Source: Carcharhinus amblyrhynchos (taxonomy: Eukaryota). Taken from it: 64,000 nucleotides of DNA. The notes below the pieces were generated by a model. The model searched no databases, was not told the DNA's origin, and saw only the letters and a program-made list of their open reading frames with translations. The first letter of the stretch is position 1; each line of letters starts with the position of its first letter. The DNA lies in the NCBI GenBank assembly GCA_965287045.1, contig OZ336874.1:59210001-59274000 (forward strand), written 5' to 3'. This document shows positions 1 to 15,490 of the stretch, in pieces. Both the position numbers and the translations under genes were made by a program.

Positions 1-2689
1 ATTTGTCCATCCATTAGTTATAAAACATAACTACAGATTTTAAGAAACTTTTAAATATAACAATTTTTCTAATGAAGAAAAGGGGATTAAAAAGCTAACA
101 TGTTGACCACAGGGCACTTTCAGTAGTACATAATGCATGTGTACAAAGAAACTCATTCCTTAATTAGCCATTTTTTTCTTTTTGCTTGCTTCTGTTATAA
201 CAGCAATTTGGTAGCTCTATAAATCTTAGCATTATGGTTGAAAACTGGATAGTAAGGGTGAAAAGCTGTATGCCTCGGAACCACCCCATTAACAGGCACA
301 TATCATTTATCTTTTTTCTAAACAGTAGTATAAAGACTATAGGCAGATAAGAATTAATATAATAAATGTTTGCAATTATTCTAAGAGATTTAACTACAAC
401 ATTAAAAACCATAATTATCAATGTCATGGACAACTTCCTGGAAGTCAGTTGATCCACCATAAAGGCCAAGGAGCCCAACACCCAAATCGGATTCTCACAT
501 CTTCTGCATCTAATTGAGAAGCATAGCTGGTTTCCTTTTGGGGTGGGTGGAGGTGGGCAGCGGGGCTGAGAGGGGGGTTGGGGGGGATGGGAAGAGGGGA
601 GGCCTTGACGAGTTTAACATGGAAGAGAGGAAATGAGGAAGGAGAAAAGAAAAAGATAGCCAACACTTAGCAATCATTTAAGTGTACAACAATTTTAATT
701 TCTCTTATAAACCTACTCAATCACCTTCCAGTGCTAGATTTGTGTTACCTTATAGAACTAAGGCCATTATTTACGGTCATTAGGACCACAGGTTTGTCTA
801 ATTGTGTGCATAAAAATATAGCAGTCACAGGACTATCACTCACAACATAAATGCACTTCACAGAATAGTTCTTAGTATCATTGCAATGAATACCTCAGGG
901 CGGACAGCACATCCAATGTATAGGTTATAAAATGGCCAACATTCTAGAGTGATGCTCAGCACTGCATCTCACATCTTAACTATTAGTCCGCTTTTCACAT
1001 AGCCTGTGTGTTTTCGTATTTCCCTTTCAAAATAAACAGCACTATTATAATGTCAAAGTTTGATAATCTTGCAAAAAAAAAGTAATGCTTTGAAGGGCAC
1101 AAACATCATCACTACCACTGCACATTAACAAGTTAGGTTGTCATTCAATAATGCCCTTATCATTTTTCCATTGGCACGCTGCAGGCTGCAGAGTTTAAAC
1201 ATTTAACTGCTGGCCTCAAGCCAAGTAGTTATTAGTCTAGGATCTAAACTTATGTATCATACAATTATGGAAAACTGTTGGTCACTGCAGTGTCCGTGAC
1301 TCCATAACTATCTACAGTGGTGGCTATTCTTTTTAATGCTTTGTTCAGACAGCATAACAAAACTAAAACAATGCTCAGCCATGGATTTAGATCCAGTGGT
1401 AGACCACAGTATACATCAAGCACTAGTCTTAGCAAAGGCATAGTGCCTGGAATGGATTACAGGATTGACTTCCTCCTTGTGTCAAACAAGTTGGATACAA
1501 TCTAATGTTAAGAATACAGGGTTATAGAAAGTTTAATCTGTTCACTGCCATGAGAAAAGAGCTCTCCAATGTCATAACCAGCAGAGTTGATTTCCCCACT
1601 GGTCTTAGGGTGAATACAAGTCCCACCGTAACTGACTTTTCTTCACTGGAACAAAGAGTTTTATTTTGATAGCCAATCACAAGTTCATTTCTGTGTAAGT
1701 TGGCATTTGCAACATCTGGACATTTAAAAACCTGACCTCCTGATTCACTGCCTTCAACCCTAATTAAGGGGTAAAAATAGGAAATCCATTGATGATCTAT
1801 TGGCAAGTTTTTCCTTCTGTACGAAAAAATATTGATTGCTACCCAGTCTAGTTGTAACTATGATTATATTGTTTACACGAAGTGTTACCTCAAAGTTATG
1901 AGCAGTTAGGGCGGAATTTTGCCAGAGCCACTTCAGTGTCAAACACCAGCTGTTGGGACAGAGAGAGTAAAATCGGGCTGAGAGGATTGCATGTAAATAA
2001 TGGTGCCATTCGGACTTTTCTTCCTTTTAACATAATGGAATAAGAATTGGCCAAGCGCTTCCTTTGCGGACTCCCTCTTCTTCTAGTCCAATTTGCCTGT
2101 TTGCACTGTCATGAGCTAATAAAGATGAAAATCTGTGCTGTGCTGTAGAATCCAACAAGAATGTCTATATTAGCAGAGGGGAAACACATCCTGCATTGTT
2201 TTATCTTTCTACCCCTTTCCAAAGGCATTTGGAACTTTGTATTTAATTGAACAGAATAATTAAATATTAACATTTAATGAAACTTTTCCAAAAACGGAAC
2301 TATATAAATATGCACATTGGCCAAAATACACAATGGCTCACATTTGAAAATTCTTCAGCTAAACATGACTGGGTGATCACTAAAAAGTGGATTCTTCTCT
2401 TTGCTTCCACTCTCATGATCCTTTTCATGATCAACAGCAAGTTCCTATATGCACACGATATCTTCCACATGAACAAGAAGTTTCAGCTTTCCAAGTACGA
2501 TGATGTTGAACAAGGAATAGGAAGTGATCAAAACACCCCTAAAAAGCTTTAGTAGAAGTCTTTCGTGAAGCATAGAGGTAGAATAGCAAAGAATTTTAAG
2601 GAGGGTTTTCCAGAATTCAAGGATTTAATGGTTGAAAATTGTCATTGGTGGTAGAGCAGAGAGAAGGGAGGTGTACAATTCTAGAATCC

Positions 2690-2985
2690 TTACAGTGCAG
2701 GAGGCTATTCAGCCTACTAAGCCTGCACCAACAACAATCCCACCCATGCCCTATCCCCATAACCCCAGGTATTTATCTGCTATTCTCCTTGACACTAAGG
2801 AACAATTTAGCATGGCAAATGGCTAACGCACATCTTTGGCCTGTGGGAGGAAACTGGAGCACCCGGAGGAAACCCATGCAGACACGGGAAGAATGTGCAA
2901 ACACCACAGAGGCAGTGACCTGAGGCTGGAATTGAACCTGGGTTCCTGGCGCCGTGAGGCAGCAGTACTAACCATTGTGCCACAG
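2690..2985 (-). mobile_element. tRNA-derived elasmobranch SINE (HE1/V-SINE type)
   Basis: Box A/B-like gtggcacaatggttagtac...ggttcaattcc plus V-domain gggtttcctccgggtgctccagtttcctcccaca. Confidence 0.88.
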
Positions 2986-5900
2986 AATCTGAACAAAAAT
3001 TGTGGAAGCCTGGAGGTGGAACTGACACAACCCTTCCATAGACAGAATGGAGCCATTGAATGATTTAAAACCTTCACATATTTGATAAGACCAATGTGTT
3101 GGGATGGGTAGATGTGCAAGATTTTGGATATAAACCATTGAATTCTGCACAATTTGGAATTTGCATGGAGTGGCACTAGGAGAAATCAGGCCTTGGAATG
3201 ATCTCTCACAGATGCTGTCAGACCCGCTAAGATTTTCCAGCATTTTCTATTTTTGTTTCAGATTCCAGCAAACACAGTATTTTGCTTTTATCTTGAAATG
3301 AACAAATGTTTCAATGAAAGGAGGGGTCAGGTAGGCACAGAGATAGGTGATAATCTGGAGATGGGTTAGACATGAGGTCAGGTCAAGCAGGATACTAGGA
3401 TTATACATCATCATTTTCAATTGGATTGAACTGAAGGAGGTACATGCAGTACCATAAAGGCTTGGGTCTGATCCTTGTGATGTTGAATTGAGAAAATCTC
3501 TGGCCCAACCAAGTAGATTTTGAGTCTAAAATGTCTGTATATTTGCTCAAATTCATAGAATTACAATACTGAGCATAGAGTTTATATGAATAGCAGCATA
3601 TACACTTGAACATGCATTTTATTTTTCAAATTCTCCATTGCTGAAGAATGTTGTACCTAAAAATGTAAGGTGAATTCAAGACTTAAGTCCAATTTAGGGA
3701 AGTCTTGATATGGAGAATTAAAGTACATTCTGCAAAAGAGTTGAAAACGTGGGGTAGAATTTTCCAAAAAAACGGCAAGGCCAGCTCCACAGAGATTGGG
3801 AAAGGACGTCCGATCTGCAAAAAATAATCGGCTTCCTTCCACATCCCTCCAGTAAGTTTTGGGGCGACCCATCCTCCAGAAGTATTAGAGGCTGTCAATC
3901 TCCCCCACATAAGTTGCAATTTTTGGATTTTTCAGCAACTACAGGAATGGAGAGAAAGCAACTACAGGAAAGGCTGCTCCCTGGGTCTCTCATTCTTATC
4001 TGGAGGTCTGTTGCTGGTTCTGACAGACTGAAGTGAGGTGAACTCTCCCGAGGACAAGGAGAAGTGGACAACCTTTCTGCTTCCTCTCCTTGCAGGAAAA
4101 GAGACACGCAATCTTGGGGAGAGGCAGAGATTCAGAGTTGGAGACAGGGTGGAAGTGGCCATTATTCAGCGACAGGTACATTATCAACCACTGGTAAAGT
4201 GTGCTTTCCTGCACCATGGGGAAAGAGATCTTATTCCAGAAGGCTGAAGATTAACAATCTGCAGTGAGAGTCTGAGCCTCCTGAGGTACTGGTGCCCAGA
4301 CACGGTGGGAGAGCTGATCCAATGCTGAGGGTCTCTCACCTCCTTTCAGCTGAAACCTGGTTTCCATCAACTCTGTTCTGTGGATGGGTATACAACATAC
4401 AAGAATGTAGTTGGTGGTCCAGCTGCCACTGGTGTCATTGGTGGTGGTGCTGCATCTTGTCAGACATGCAAGGTCCAGCTGTATAACATGGTCCCACACT
4501 CTGGTGAAGGTACTCAGCAAGAAAGCATGACTCTGAGTGAGTGAAGTGCTGGACAGGTGAAGTAGCTTCCAAGTAGTTATCACCTGCTTAGCAATTAAAG
4601 CATTCTCTGAGAAGAAGTGCTCTGAGCAGCAGCCTTTCACCCGGCCATGACTGAAGCTCTTCAGTTTCACTGATCAAAACTTTCCCAGCTAGTCACTTTC
4701 ACTTAAGAAGCTCAACTTCTTGTATGTTCACCTCAGTGACTCTGACAAGTTAGTGATAGTTTGGAAAACAGGCTCCCTGGCTGGAAAATCCAAAACTAAA
4801 GGTTAAAACAGTATCCATTAACCTTTCAAATTACCTACACAACAGATTGAAAGTTTCTTGTCTTCATTTCTACTCGGGTGAGAACTGGAAAGGAGTCTGA
4901 CTGGTATCCCCAAGCCAATATCACTTTTAGGAGGTTTAACTCCCAATGCACACAAAGCTGCCTCACCTTCCTTGGGAAAACAGAGACTGATGAAGAACTC
5001 CATGGGTCAATGCTCTGCAGTGATCCTTTCTTTGGACAATCATAGTTCTCATATTGGCTCTCCACAAAATATTTATATTTTATCTTCGATCAAATCAGCT
5101 TGCTGATCCAGGCAAAGATTTAAGGAACAATAACTTCCTTATATGTACAGTCTTTAACAGAATCATTCCCAGAACACTTGATAGTGAAGTATGTGTGATG
5201 ATCAAAACTTTAATCAAGAAGTGGGTTTGAAGGAGGGCCTTTAAAAAGATGGGGGAGCTGGATAGAAGAAGAGGTTTAGGAAGGATTTCCAGAATTTAGA
5301 CCCTAAATGGTTGACAAAGTGGCCTCTATAGTCAGGTAAACAGAGCAAAGCATGTACAAAACATAGAGGCAGAAGGATACAAAAATCTTCTTGCAGGAGT
5401 GATGAGGCGGTTAAATAGATAGGAAAGATCACAGCAGGAAGGGATTTAAAAATGAAGAGAATTTTAAATTAGAGGAAATAGGGGACCAAAGTGTATATTA
5501 TATTGTACATTGTTCAGAATAGTATACGAGCAACAGAGAGAGAAAGCAGGGCTTGGAGGAAACACTGTTGATCCTACAGTCCACAAACAGTGCCAGAAAG
5601 GCATTTACTTCTGCTATATAGGAGTCCTTGCCTCCTTTTCACTGCTGGGTTTTCTCGAGGTCCAGGAAACTCAGTTGGCCAGGGTTAAACCTGGAAGAAA
5701 GACAAACGAGACACATTGCTGTCATCAAAACTGGAAGTGAATGCATTTGAGGCAGACGGGATCCAGGTTTGAGAATTTTAATATATTTACATCTCACCTG
5801 ACCAAAATTCACTCACTTTGGAGATTAAAATTCCTCTCAATAAAACAGATTTTTATCTCATACACGAGATGGGGTCAAGCAAGTTTGAACTGGAGCCTGA

Positions 5901-8900
5901 TTTATATCCTGCCTGACTGAACAGATAAAATGGGAATCTGATGCAAACCCATCCTGCTCCCTTCTGACAGGTTATGATAAAATCACCATTATTATTTTTT
6001 GATTGTTTGCTTGTAATAAGAAACAATCATCAAAACAATGGATCTAAAATTATAGAATGACTTGAAGACCAGGTGCAGTCTGGAATACAGAATATTAAAA
6101 AAAAGAAAACTTTAAATTATGTTTTCATTTCCCTGGATGTAGCAAAACACTCCACAATCAGAAAATTACTTTTGAAATATGTGCCGAAATCTTGCTGCCG
6201 TTCAGACTAGTGAGATTTTACGGGCTCGTCAACGATGCACCCCCGCCACAGGTTTCACGGCAGCGAAGCGTGCATTCAATGGGAAATCTCATTGGCAACA
6301 GTGAGACCATAAAATCCAATGAGCAGTGCATCACCTCAAAGCGGAGAGCAACGAAAATTCCACTGATAGTTACTATTTTGCATGCAAACACAACAGCTAA
6401 TTTGTATAGTCCCATAGTTAAATGAGAAAATTGATTAGTTCATCTGTTTTCTTCTCTTGGTTGAAGAACAAATACTAATTAAAATGCTTGGAAAACTTTC
6501 CTGTTCTTTGAATAGTTCAATGGGATTGTTTATAGCCACTTGACAAGGCAGAGATGGCCTTGGTTTCTGCATGACTGCACTCCAGCAATACAGCATCCAC
6601 TCATGTCTACTAAGAGGGTACATTTAAACTTTGTATTGTGGATCAGAAATAGCAAGTGGTATATTTCAATAATAGAATACTGTGACAAGGGTTCTCTGTG
6701 TAATATCACTATAACTTACCTAGATATTGGGTAAGGAAGGAACATTTGAATTAACAGTGTATGTTACATTCATCACAGAGATAATCACTGAAACTGAACT
6801 GAAGTAAATCTGTAATGTAGGTCACAAATATGTATTCCAATTTTGGCAGCACTATGGAGGCCTTGAGACACTGATTTTGCACTGTTGACAGTTTCCTGCA
6901 CACCCATGCTGTAAGAAAGGTGCACACGGTAGCATGAATCGGAAGGCCTTGAATCAATGATATCACTGAGGGAACACAATCCATAGGCTGATGTGATGCC
7001 AAGATCTATAATTTGGACAATGCCTTTCCTTACAACAAATCCACAGATCATTCCACAAACTACAAGCATTCTGCTGAAGGACGTGTTCTAAAGAACCAGG
7101 CACCCAAAATGCAGAGAAGGTCATTTTTAAGAACTTTTTCTACTGCAAAGCATCTCGAAGAGTTCATGTGTTCTTAATGGTATTACGATAAATTCTTGAA
7201 TTAACCACAGTGTGTTTCTGCATTCTCTCAGGATTTGGGGGAGACAGAGTGTCAGAGGAGGGGGTGGAGAGGCAGAGGAGTAGGTGACCTAACCACACAA
7301 AGGCTATGAAAGGTATTGGACAGCAATGGAAGTGGCTTTGGGCTTGCAGTATGACAGGAAGTTGGAGCAGAGGCTGTGAAAACAAGGTGGGTGACATGCC
7401 CTTTGCCAATTAGAGATTCCTCTGTGCTCCTTAACAGTTGAGCCAGCAAATTTACTGGCTACACTACCTGACTCAGGAGGAAAAATGTGGGTCAATATCA
7501 TAAACGGTGGTTACAGCAGTATGGGCTACTTGAAAACATGTCAGTGATATTGTCAATGAAAGTGAGGAAATGCTGGAGAGGTCGAATAATTACTTTGCAG
7601 GAGTATTTATAGTAGTGGAAGAGGTCAATGTGCTAAAAGCCCCAAGAAAGCTAATATTGAATTGGGGAATGGATTAACCAAAATTGATGGTAGCAAAATA
7701 ACAGTAATGAAGAAAATAATGCCGTTAAAGAGTGAAAATCCCTTCCATTTCAAGGCATTAAAAGCAGGTGAGAATGTTGTAAACTCCCTGGTCACCTGGT
7801 CTCATTCTCTCTCACTGGTTTTCCTCAAGAGTCTAGCAGTTTCTATAGAAATGTGGCATCCTTCTCCTGTCCACCTCCTCCATTCATGCTTCCAAACTGC
7901 ATTTTTCATCCTAGAACTCCCTTTCTGTCTTGGTTTGCATTTTACCAGGAGTTAAATTGCAACAATCTTCTTCAGTGGAGCTTCTATTTATATGGGACAG
8001 CCTGCCTTTAAGAGGAGCATTCTGGCTACACCACATGGTTTGTGAGCAATCCATTTGGACTCCCCAACTTAAAAGCACTGTGAAGACTGCAGTGTGGGAT
8101 CTACTTGGTCAGGCATTGTTCAACATTCAGAGGAGGCAGGTGTACCAAATTTGCATGTGCCCATCCAGACATGAATGGGCACAGGCAATTTGCGAATGAT
8201 CAACTCAGGCGCATGAAAATTGAGGTAACTCAATTTCTGGTCCGTAAAACCCACAAATGCAAAAGCACTTACTGCTCAAGTGGTGGTCTCCAAAAGTGTT
8301 GACTGCGGGATGAGGGGCCAACTTTTCCAATTTTAGATTAATTGCTGTACCCAGTTCATCTCTGGTCTCCACTCCCCAACTCTCCCTCCTTGATTTTTGG
8401 CCATTAGTGTTAGATCAGTACTTGGATGATCATCAAGACCATCAAGATTCACAGATCACAACTGGAACAAGGTTAATGGCTGCAGTCACAGCCTGGAAGA
8501 GGATTTCCATATCACTAATTAATAGAGAGACTCCCAGAGGTATAAGATTGAAATGGCTGCCGGAGGTAGTGCATCCATTGTGCTGTGGTAGAATCTGTTT
8601 ATCATGAGTTAGTAGCAACTAACTAACTTGATGAGGAACTGGAAATCAAACCTAATGTTGCATCTTCAGTAGAGGATTACTTCCTGTTAGATTGATCCCT
8701 GGAATCCAGTTATCTCTTTCATTTGGTTTTGTGCTTCCAATTTGCAGGAGTTTGTTGAAAATATCTTGCTACTAAAGTACTGCAGTCAACATTTCTTTCC
8801 CATGCAAACATTGACAGATGAAAAAGTTCACAGCATTACAATAGAAGCTGGCATAAGAGAGGTCAGAAAATGTCACCTAAAGTTAGCTGGAAGAATTAGA

Positions 8901-10109
8901 CTGGAAACGTAAACTTTCTTCAATGGAAATAAGGTCCATGTGGGTAGCAAAGAACAATATCAATGTTTAAAATAACAGCGATGGGAAGTCTATTGATGTC
9001 TGCTTGATTTTTCTGGATGCAATACTTAAATGAAGTGAAACAGGAATAACCGAAATTCTGATGATAATCTGGGCCAAAGATAAATTTTCAGAGGCTATAT
9101 AAGAAATGGAATAGTGAGAGGCACATTAGTGAATGAGCCATAAACAATACATGCTCCACAGAGGTAATGATATATCCAAGTGTTATAGTGAGGAGGTACT
9201 GTAATTTAGAAGCAGCCGTAAGTCCATTGGAAGCAGTACATTAATCTTAGGTTTCATTCAGCAATGTCTGGACAGTTCATGACAGCCCTTGATTGTAACT
9301 CACTTTATTCTTCCATTATTGTGCATGTACATATGACGCACTATATTAGTGTTGGTGCACTGGATGTAAATCCAATTGACATTCAAATCTACGTAAAGGC
9401 TGATCATGAACATCAGTCACAAACCCACACACAAAGCCTCCAACTACCACAATAGATAAAGCATCTTCATTAGACTTATTAGACAATCAGTTACAGTTGA
9501 CTTCCTTCCCCCCTTTATCCTTCACCCAACCTCAACTTGAAATCATGTTAGATTGTTTTGCTAACATAAAAGTCTATTTTTCATAAGTCATTAGCTGACT
9601 TCCCATAACAATGCTCATAGGACAGAATGTGGCAAGCAGGGTCAGGGAGGGAGAAACAATGAAGCTGTGAAGTGAAACTGGGACCAATAAGGTCAGAAAG
9701 TAAGAAGAGTTTACAGGGACCAGGACTAACTTTCAGGGTGGAAGAGGGCTTAAGTAGATTGAGACAGTCATTCATCAGTTAAGGAGAAGGAAGGCAAGTT
9801 AGGGAGCATTTCAAGAGCACTTAAGAAATGATCAGAGAGTGCAAAGAATCTAGGATAGGATTGAGAAGGCAAAACCACGGCCTGGGAAGCAGATGCTGGT
9901 TGACAGCATTTTGAGGGTGTATTTTAACTGCCTGAAAGTTAAAGAGTGGGAAGGTAAAGGGCAGTAAGGCATGTGCAGAGACCCAAAGCATATCAATCCC
10001 AAAGACTAACTGATGGATCTAAACTATGGATAATGGACAAAAGTGAAACAAACACCCTGAAGGAGAGGATGCTATTGTGTGGGAAATAAAATATGGAATG
10101 GATAAGTTG

Positions 10110-11018
10110 AGTAAATATGTTCAGATTTCATTTTTGCATGTTCCAGTACAAAACTAAAATTTTAGGGATATATGGTGTGGTGAGCAGGCGAGCAAATTTA
10201 GCTGCTCTAGAGTTTTTGTTTCAAAAAGAACAGGAATTTGATTGGTCAGTTTTGTAGTAGTTACTTTTCAGGGAATATAAAATTATTTTGTGGAGCTTAA
10301 TAATTTCTGATTGATTGTTTTTCCAGTTTGTGAAACACCTGCGCCAGTCAGCATGTTTCATATCTGCCCTATTTTTCACAATATCTGGAGTATATTGTGA
10401 AATGATATCATTTTTGTTATTTTCAAGCCTGTGGCCTTCTGATAGAACAATATGAATAGATTTTAAACCAGTAAATGATCATTCTAGGACCTATCAAATC
10501 TGAAGATTTCTGTTGCCTTAGCTTCACATTATCGGCAGGCTTCACTTTTGGCAATTGTGAAGAATATTATTTTTTAACTTGATAGTCCTATTTAAAATAT
10601 CTCATCAATTTTGTAATACAGTGGAGAAATAATAAGACACATAATACTAATCAATACTGAAACAAAGTACCACCCTCCATCCCCTTTCCCAAATAGTGTA
10701 ACTAACCTTTATCACCAAGGCTGGGAGCGCTTCGGTGAAATTAATTATAAAAAGTCTTGAAAAACAAAATAAATAGTTGAAACCTTCTGGTCCTTCATTC
10801 AATTAATGGCAAAAGAAGCTTGTCCCATCCATTCAGTAGTTGGATTTAGTGGGTTTTGTACATTAGGTGGTTGTGTCCAGAAATTATGATCAAATACAGC
10901 ACAGAGCTGAGAAATGATGACAGGGACGTTGAAGTCTTTGTTTTGCAAAGTCAGCCATAAAGATCAAATCTAACAAAAGTGCTATAGTGAAAGGTATCTT
11001 TGTGTTCAGGCTCCATTC
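10110..11018 (-). other. TLE4: Probable TLE4 3' UTR (end uncertain)
   Basis: AT-rich sequence without recognisable repeats after the stop; AATGAA variant near 10126-10131; first canonical AATAAA I found is at 9304-9309. Confidence 0.45.
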
Positions 11019-11156
<138 letters not shown>

Positions 11157-12328
11157 TCAATGAAAGCGAAAGGAAATAAGTTTTTTCCATCTTATTATGG
11201 AGCACTTAGCGCCAATTAGCATTTTGTTACAGATTAGACAAGGACAGATTTCATCAGTATATAGAATTTAGCAAAATCACATTTAACTTAATGTTCCATT
11301 GCTGGTAAAACCTCAATTTCAATGGCAGTGCTGTTTGGTCAATGAGGCAACGCTACTGGCCCCACCAAGTAGTTTGTGTTTCTTTCTCTTCCACTATTTC
11401 CACTGCCACTGTTTTCCTGGCAGGATGGGCCATATGTTCAACCCATCTGTAAAATGAAGTCAAGAATCCCTACTTACAACAAAATTGTTTGTCGCTGATT
11501 CCTAGCTTGCAGTATAGACATAGTGGACTTCATAGAACAATTCACTTTGCCTGTTGTACAAACATTGCTTCCGCAAAATTGTCCAACATAAACTATTGGT
11601 TGCAGTTATTTAAAGTACCCCAGTGGAAATTGAAGTTCTGGAATCTAGAATCCAATAGACCTGATGCACAATAAAAACTGCAAGCTAATTGAGCAATTTG
11701 GGTATACGGAGTTGGACTGCTTGGAAGCCACAGGAAATGCAAGTGGGAATGCTTGCATGTTCGAAAAGGAACTTATCCAATTTTCTCGTCTGTTAATTTA
11801 CACTAGCAAAACATTGTGCTGGCTTCCTTAGGGTGTATGATATTCATGAGTCGAAAACGTAAAGTGCTCACATCTTTCCTCATACTTGGGATGATACTTG
11901 ATATTCTTCACTGCACCCTTTCAAATGCATAAATCTTTTTTGTGGCATGGTGTGGTGGTCAACAACATAGTATGACCAATACACTGTAAAGCTTCATCAG
12001 AGCAACTGTTATGTGCTATGAACTAAGCCTCAATGGAAAAGGGATTAAGACTCCCTGAACTCATTTCTTAATCTTTGTAGTTGGCATATGGAGTCAACTT
12101 CCATCTCAATAGTCCTGGCTTGTTTTCAATCCAAATTCAAGAAAAGACAGTGTTCTGATGTACCGGGACAACCTCAGCTCAGCTTATAATCGCTAGACAA
12201 CCCTTCCTTAAATGTCTAAATGCACTTTGATAGGCAGAGTAAAGTAGCATCGTCAGGGAAACAGATTAGCACAAATGAACAAGTGAGGAGGAGAAATCTC
12301 TGAAGCTGACTGCTTTCTATAATAATTA

Positions 12329-12430
<102 letters not shown>

Positions 12431-14191
12431 TTAGTTTTGAACACAACAGTTTACAATTTTAAGAAACTGTTTTTTGGGTTATAATCACTAAACTTTATTT
12501 TCTTAAAAGTAAATATTTACACCATTAATTACACCATTTCCTGCAAAAACTTGTATCTCTGGATTCAAATTTGTCAAAACAAACTTTCATTTCCTGATGC
12601 ATCTACTTCTTTATACATTAAGCTTTGAACCTTCCTCTATCACATGTCTACATGGCTCACTATTGCCAATAGATAGGTATATTTAACTGAATTTGAGAAG
12701 CTATTTCTTAATTTTGAAAATTTAGTAGTTTAATGGAACAACAGCAACGTGTCTACAATTGAATTATTAGCATTTAAGTCCTTTATCTTTTGTAGATTTA
12801 TTCCTAAATAATTCAGGGTGAACCTAAATTATGAAAATTGACCCTTTTCGCTGATAGATCAAACCTACCACATAAGATAATCAAAAGGACATTTTTTCTT
12901 TGCTTAGACTCACTTTAAAGAAAAATAAAACCCAGAAAATACCAAAGTAAATTAAAAGGAAGTAATGAAGAGTTACCAAAGGGCTTTCATTATCAATTAG
13001 CACTTTTATAAGGTTGGGAAAGGGAGAACGTAGATGGGGAATTGTGCACATGATTATTATGCAAGCAGTCTGTTAAAATTGCCATATTTATGCACACACA
13101 GATAGACTTTGAATTGCATAGCTAGATTATTGATGATTTAGAGGAGTGCTTAATTCTGAAAAGGAAAATGTTGGCTTGAGGATGTTTAGAACTGTAATAC
13201 CAATAGTTCAAAATGTGTTTAAAACTTGCTGTTTGTAAGCTGGCCTCTAAAATTTTGCCTGAGGCCAGGTGCATTAAAAATACTGTTCTGAATCACTTCT
13301 CTTATTTTCTGCCCCAAATGTGATTCTATAGTCATCTTAAATATTTTTATGAAGAGGAAAAAGTACTGCCAACTGAATTACTACAATATTCTGCACTGTA
13401 AAGATTAGCACTAGAATCCAGAGCAACAGGGGGAGGAAGAAAAGGTTAATTCCCCTTTGGCAGCAAACTGATGTAAGTAATCAAAGTCGGTTCCGCTTTT
13501 GACAGTTCTTTCCTTTTGACTATCCATACAGAACCAAATAGAGGACCTCCCTTCTCAGGGAAGAACAATTCTTGATAAGGGAGATTATAATCCTGCCCAG
13601 TCTGTACAATTGGACAAGCATTTAACAACTCTTGAGGGACTCATGTGCTGACATCCCACATTGATCACATAGGATTAATTTACTCATGTGAGCAGGTGAG
13701 AAGGATGCCTGCTGGAAACCAGCGGATACTCGGACTCTGATGATGTTATCGGAGCCCAACTGCTATTTTAATTATGGGCTTGAGTAGTGAAGTAGTTGTG
13801 TCTTTCCCATCAGGGCCAACTAGCGAGAAGGGGATTTGGGGTCAGAAACTACTTAACCAAATGCCAGGGATACTTCCTTCATTCTGCCAGTCAGCTGCCA
13901 CTGCCTGTAAGCTCCATGTGTAAACATAACTGGGGATGGCAGTTGAAGCCTGGGAGTTAAAATCTCCTTGACATCATGTTAACAGAGGTCAAAATGGATT
14001 GTCACTGTTCTAGCCACCGCCCACCAAATTCAAATTTAAACTAATAATTCTTGTCCTTCCCCCTTCTCTGTGCTACAAGACAAGAGGGGAGAAGTCCTTC
14101 AGATATTGAAAATCATGAGTTTTTTCCACTTTTAAGAGCAGTTGAATATGCAATATCATCAGCACAAATGATAAGACAATAAGCAGTATTA

Positions 14192-14353
<162 letters not shown>

Positions 14354-14739
14354 CTAGGAGTAGAAAAAAAATAACTAAACAGATCATTTTGTAAATAAAG
14401 GACCAATTAAAAGTTCTGTGATTGCCCTAGAATAATTCTGCAATAACCTAGAATAATTCTAATAACCTATTAATGGAGTCCTGTAGTCATCCCAAAGGCA
14501 ATGCAGCAAAGTTTAGCTCTTGCTTTCAGATAAAGCATGCCATTGTGATAAATAACAAATTCAAAAACATGAATTTTTAATTGAATTAATTCCAAATACT
14601 ATCCTCAAGATGTCGCTAAGTGTTGGAAACAACAGCTTCCAGTTGAGCCTTCAGTCTCATAAGATGATAGCTTGTGCCATGGTGGTCAACTTGTATTCAA
14701 GCATCACCTGATATGGCTCAGGAACCCCACTTGAGCATT

Positions 14740-15490
14740 GCAGTCTTAGACCCATTTACTGTAGAGGAAGATGGTGGGCTGAAAAGGTGCAGGATTCGTT
14801 GAGCTCTGTTTTCCCTGAATCCTCTTCTTAGCCAGCTGAGCTTTTTGTTTCTGCGCACCTCTTCCAAAACCCCTCCAGTCAGCCTTCAGGTTTCACCAGA
14901 TGCCATCAGCATCTGTCTCCCAGTTGTCAATGTTGGTGTCTGCCACCTTCATATCTTGCTTGCAGGTGGTGTTCTTATAGCAGATATTTGGATCATGACC
15001 CAAATGGCAATTCACTGTACAGAATGTTTTTGTGTATATGGCGGTCATCCATTTGAAGAACATGGCTGGGCCAGCACAGATGTCATTGGCTTAGCAATGA
15101 GTGCATGCTGATGGAATTACCATGTTCCATCCAGGACTTCAGGCTTGCAACCTTGTCCTGCCAGGAAATGCCAAGGATACATCTGAGACAGTGAAGATGG
15201 AAGCTGTTCAGCATTTTCTCCTCCAGTCTCACCACTGTAGAAGAAGCCTGAGTATGCAGGCTTGGTAAACTTGCAGTTTGGTGTTCTTAATCAGGTTGCT
15301 ATTACTCCACACTCCCTTACTCAGTTTGGATATTTTAGCCGTAGCTCTTGCAATCTGTGTGTTATGACAGCAGCAAATGACAGATTGCTGATGACTGTAG
15401 AACCTAGATGGTGAAGCGATTAACATCCTATAGTATCAAATCATCAGTGCTGATAGATAGCAGTATGGCAACACTCTGGACAGTTTCCAC
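14740..15490 (-). mobile_element. RTE-clade LINE 3' relic
   Basis: KLSKGVWSNSNLIKNTKLQVYQACIL followed by NSFHLHCLRCILGISWQDKV. Confidence 0.8.

Noticed and set aside
2277-2552. 91-aa ORF with a hydrophobic stretch
   Set aside because: No recognisable homology or splice context; likely a chance ORF in AT-rich DNA
2807-3176. Overlapping ORFs, with similar ones at 22000, 32473, 40708 and 61503
   Set aside because: They are translations of SINE copies, not genes
14436-14470. Short duplication cctagaataattct(gc)aataa; also agcaactacaggaa twice near 3933-3970
   Set aside because: Ordinary local slippage duplications with only two units; not a CRISPR-like or functional array
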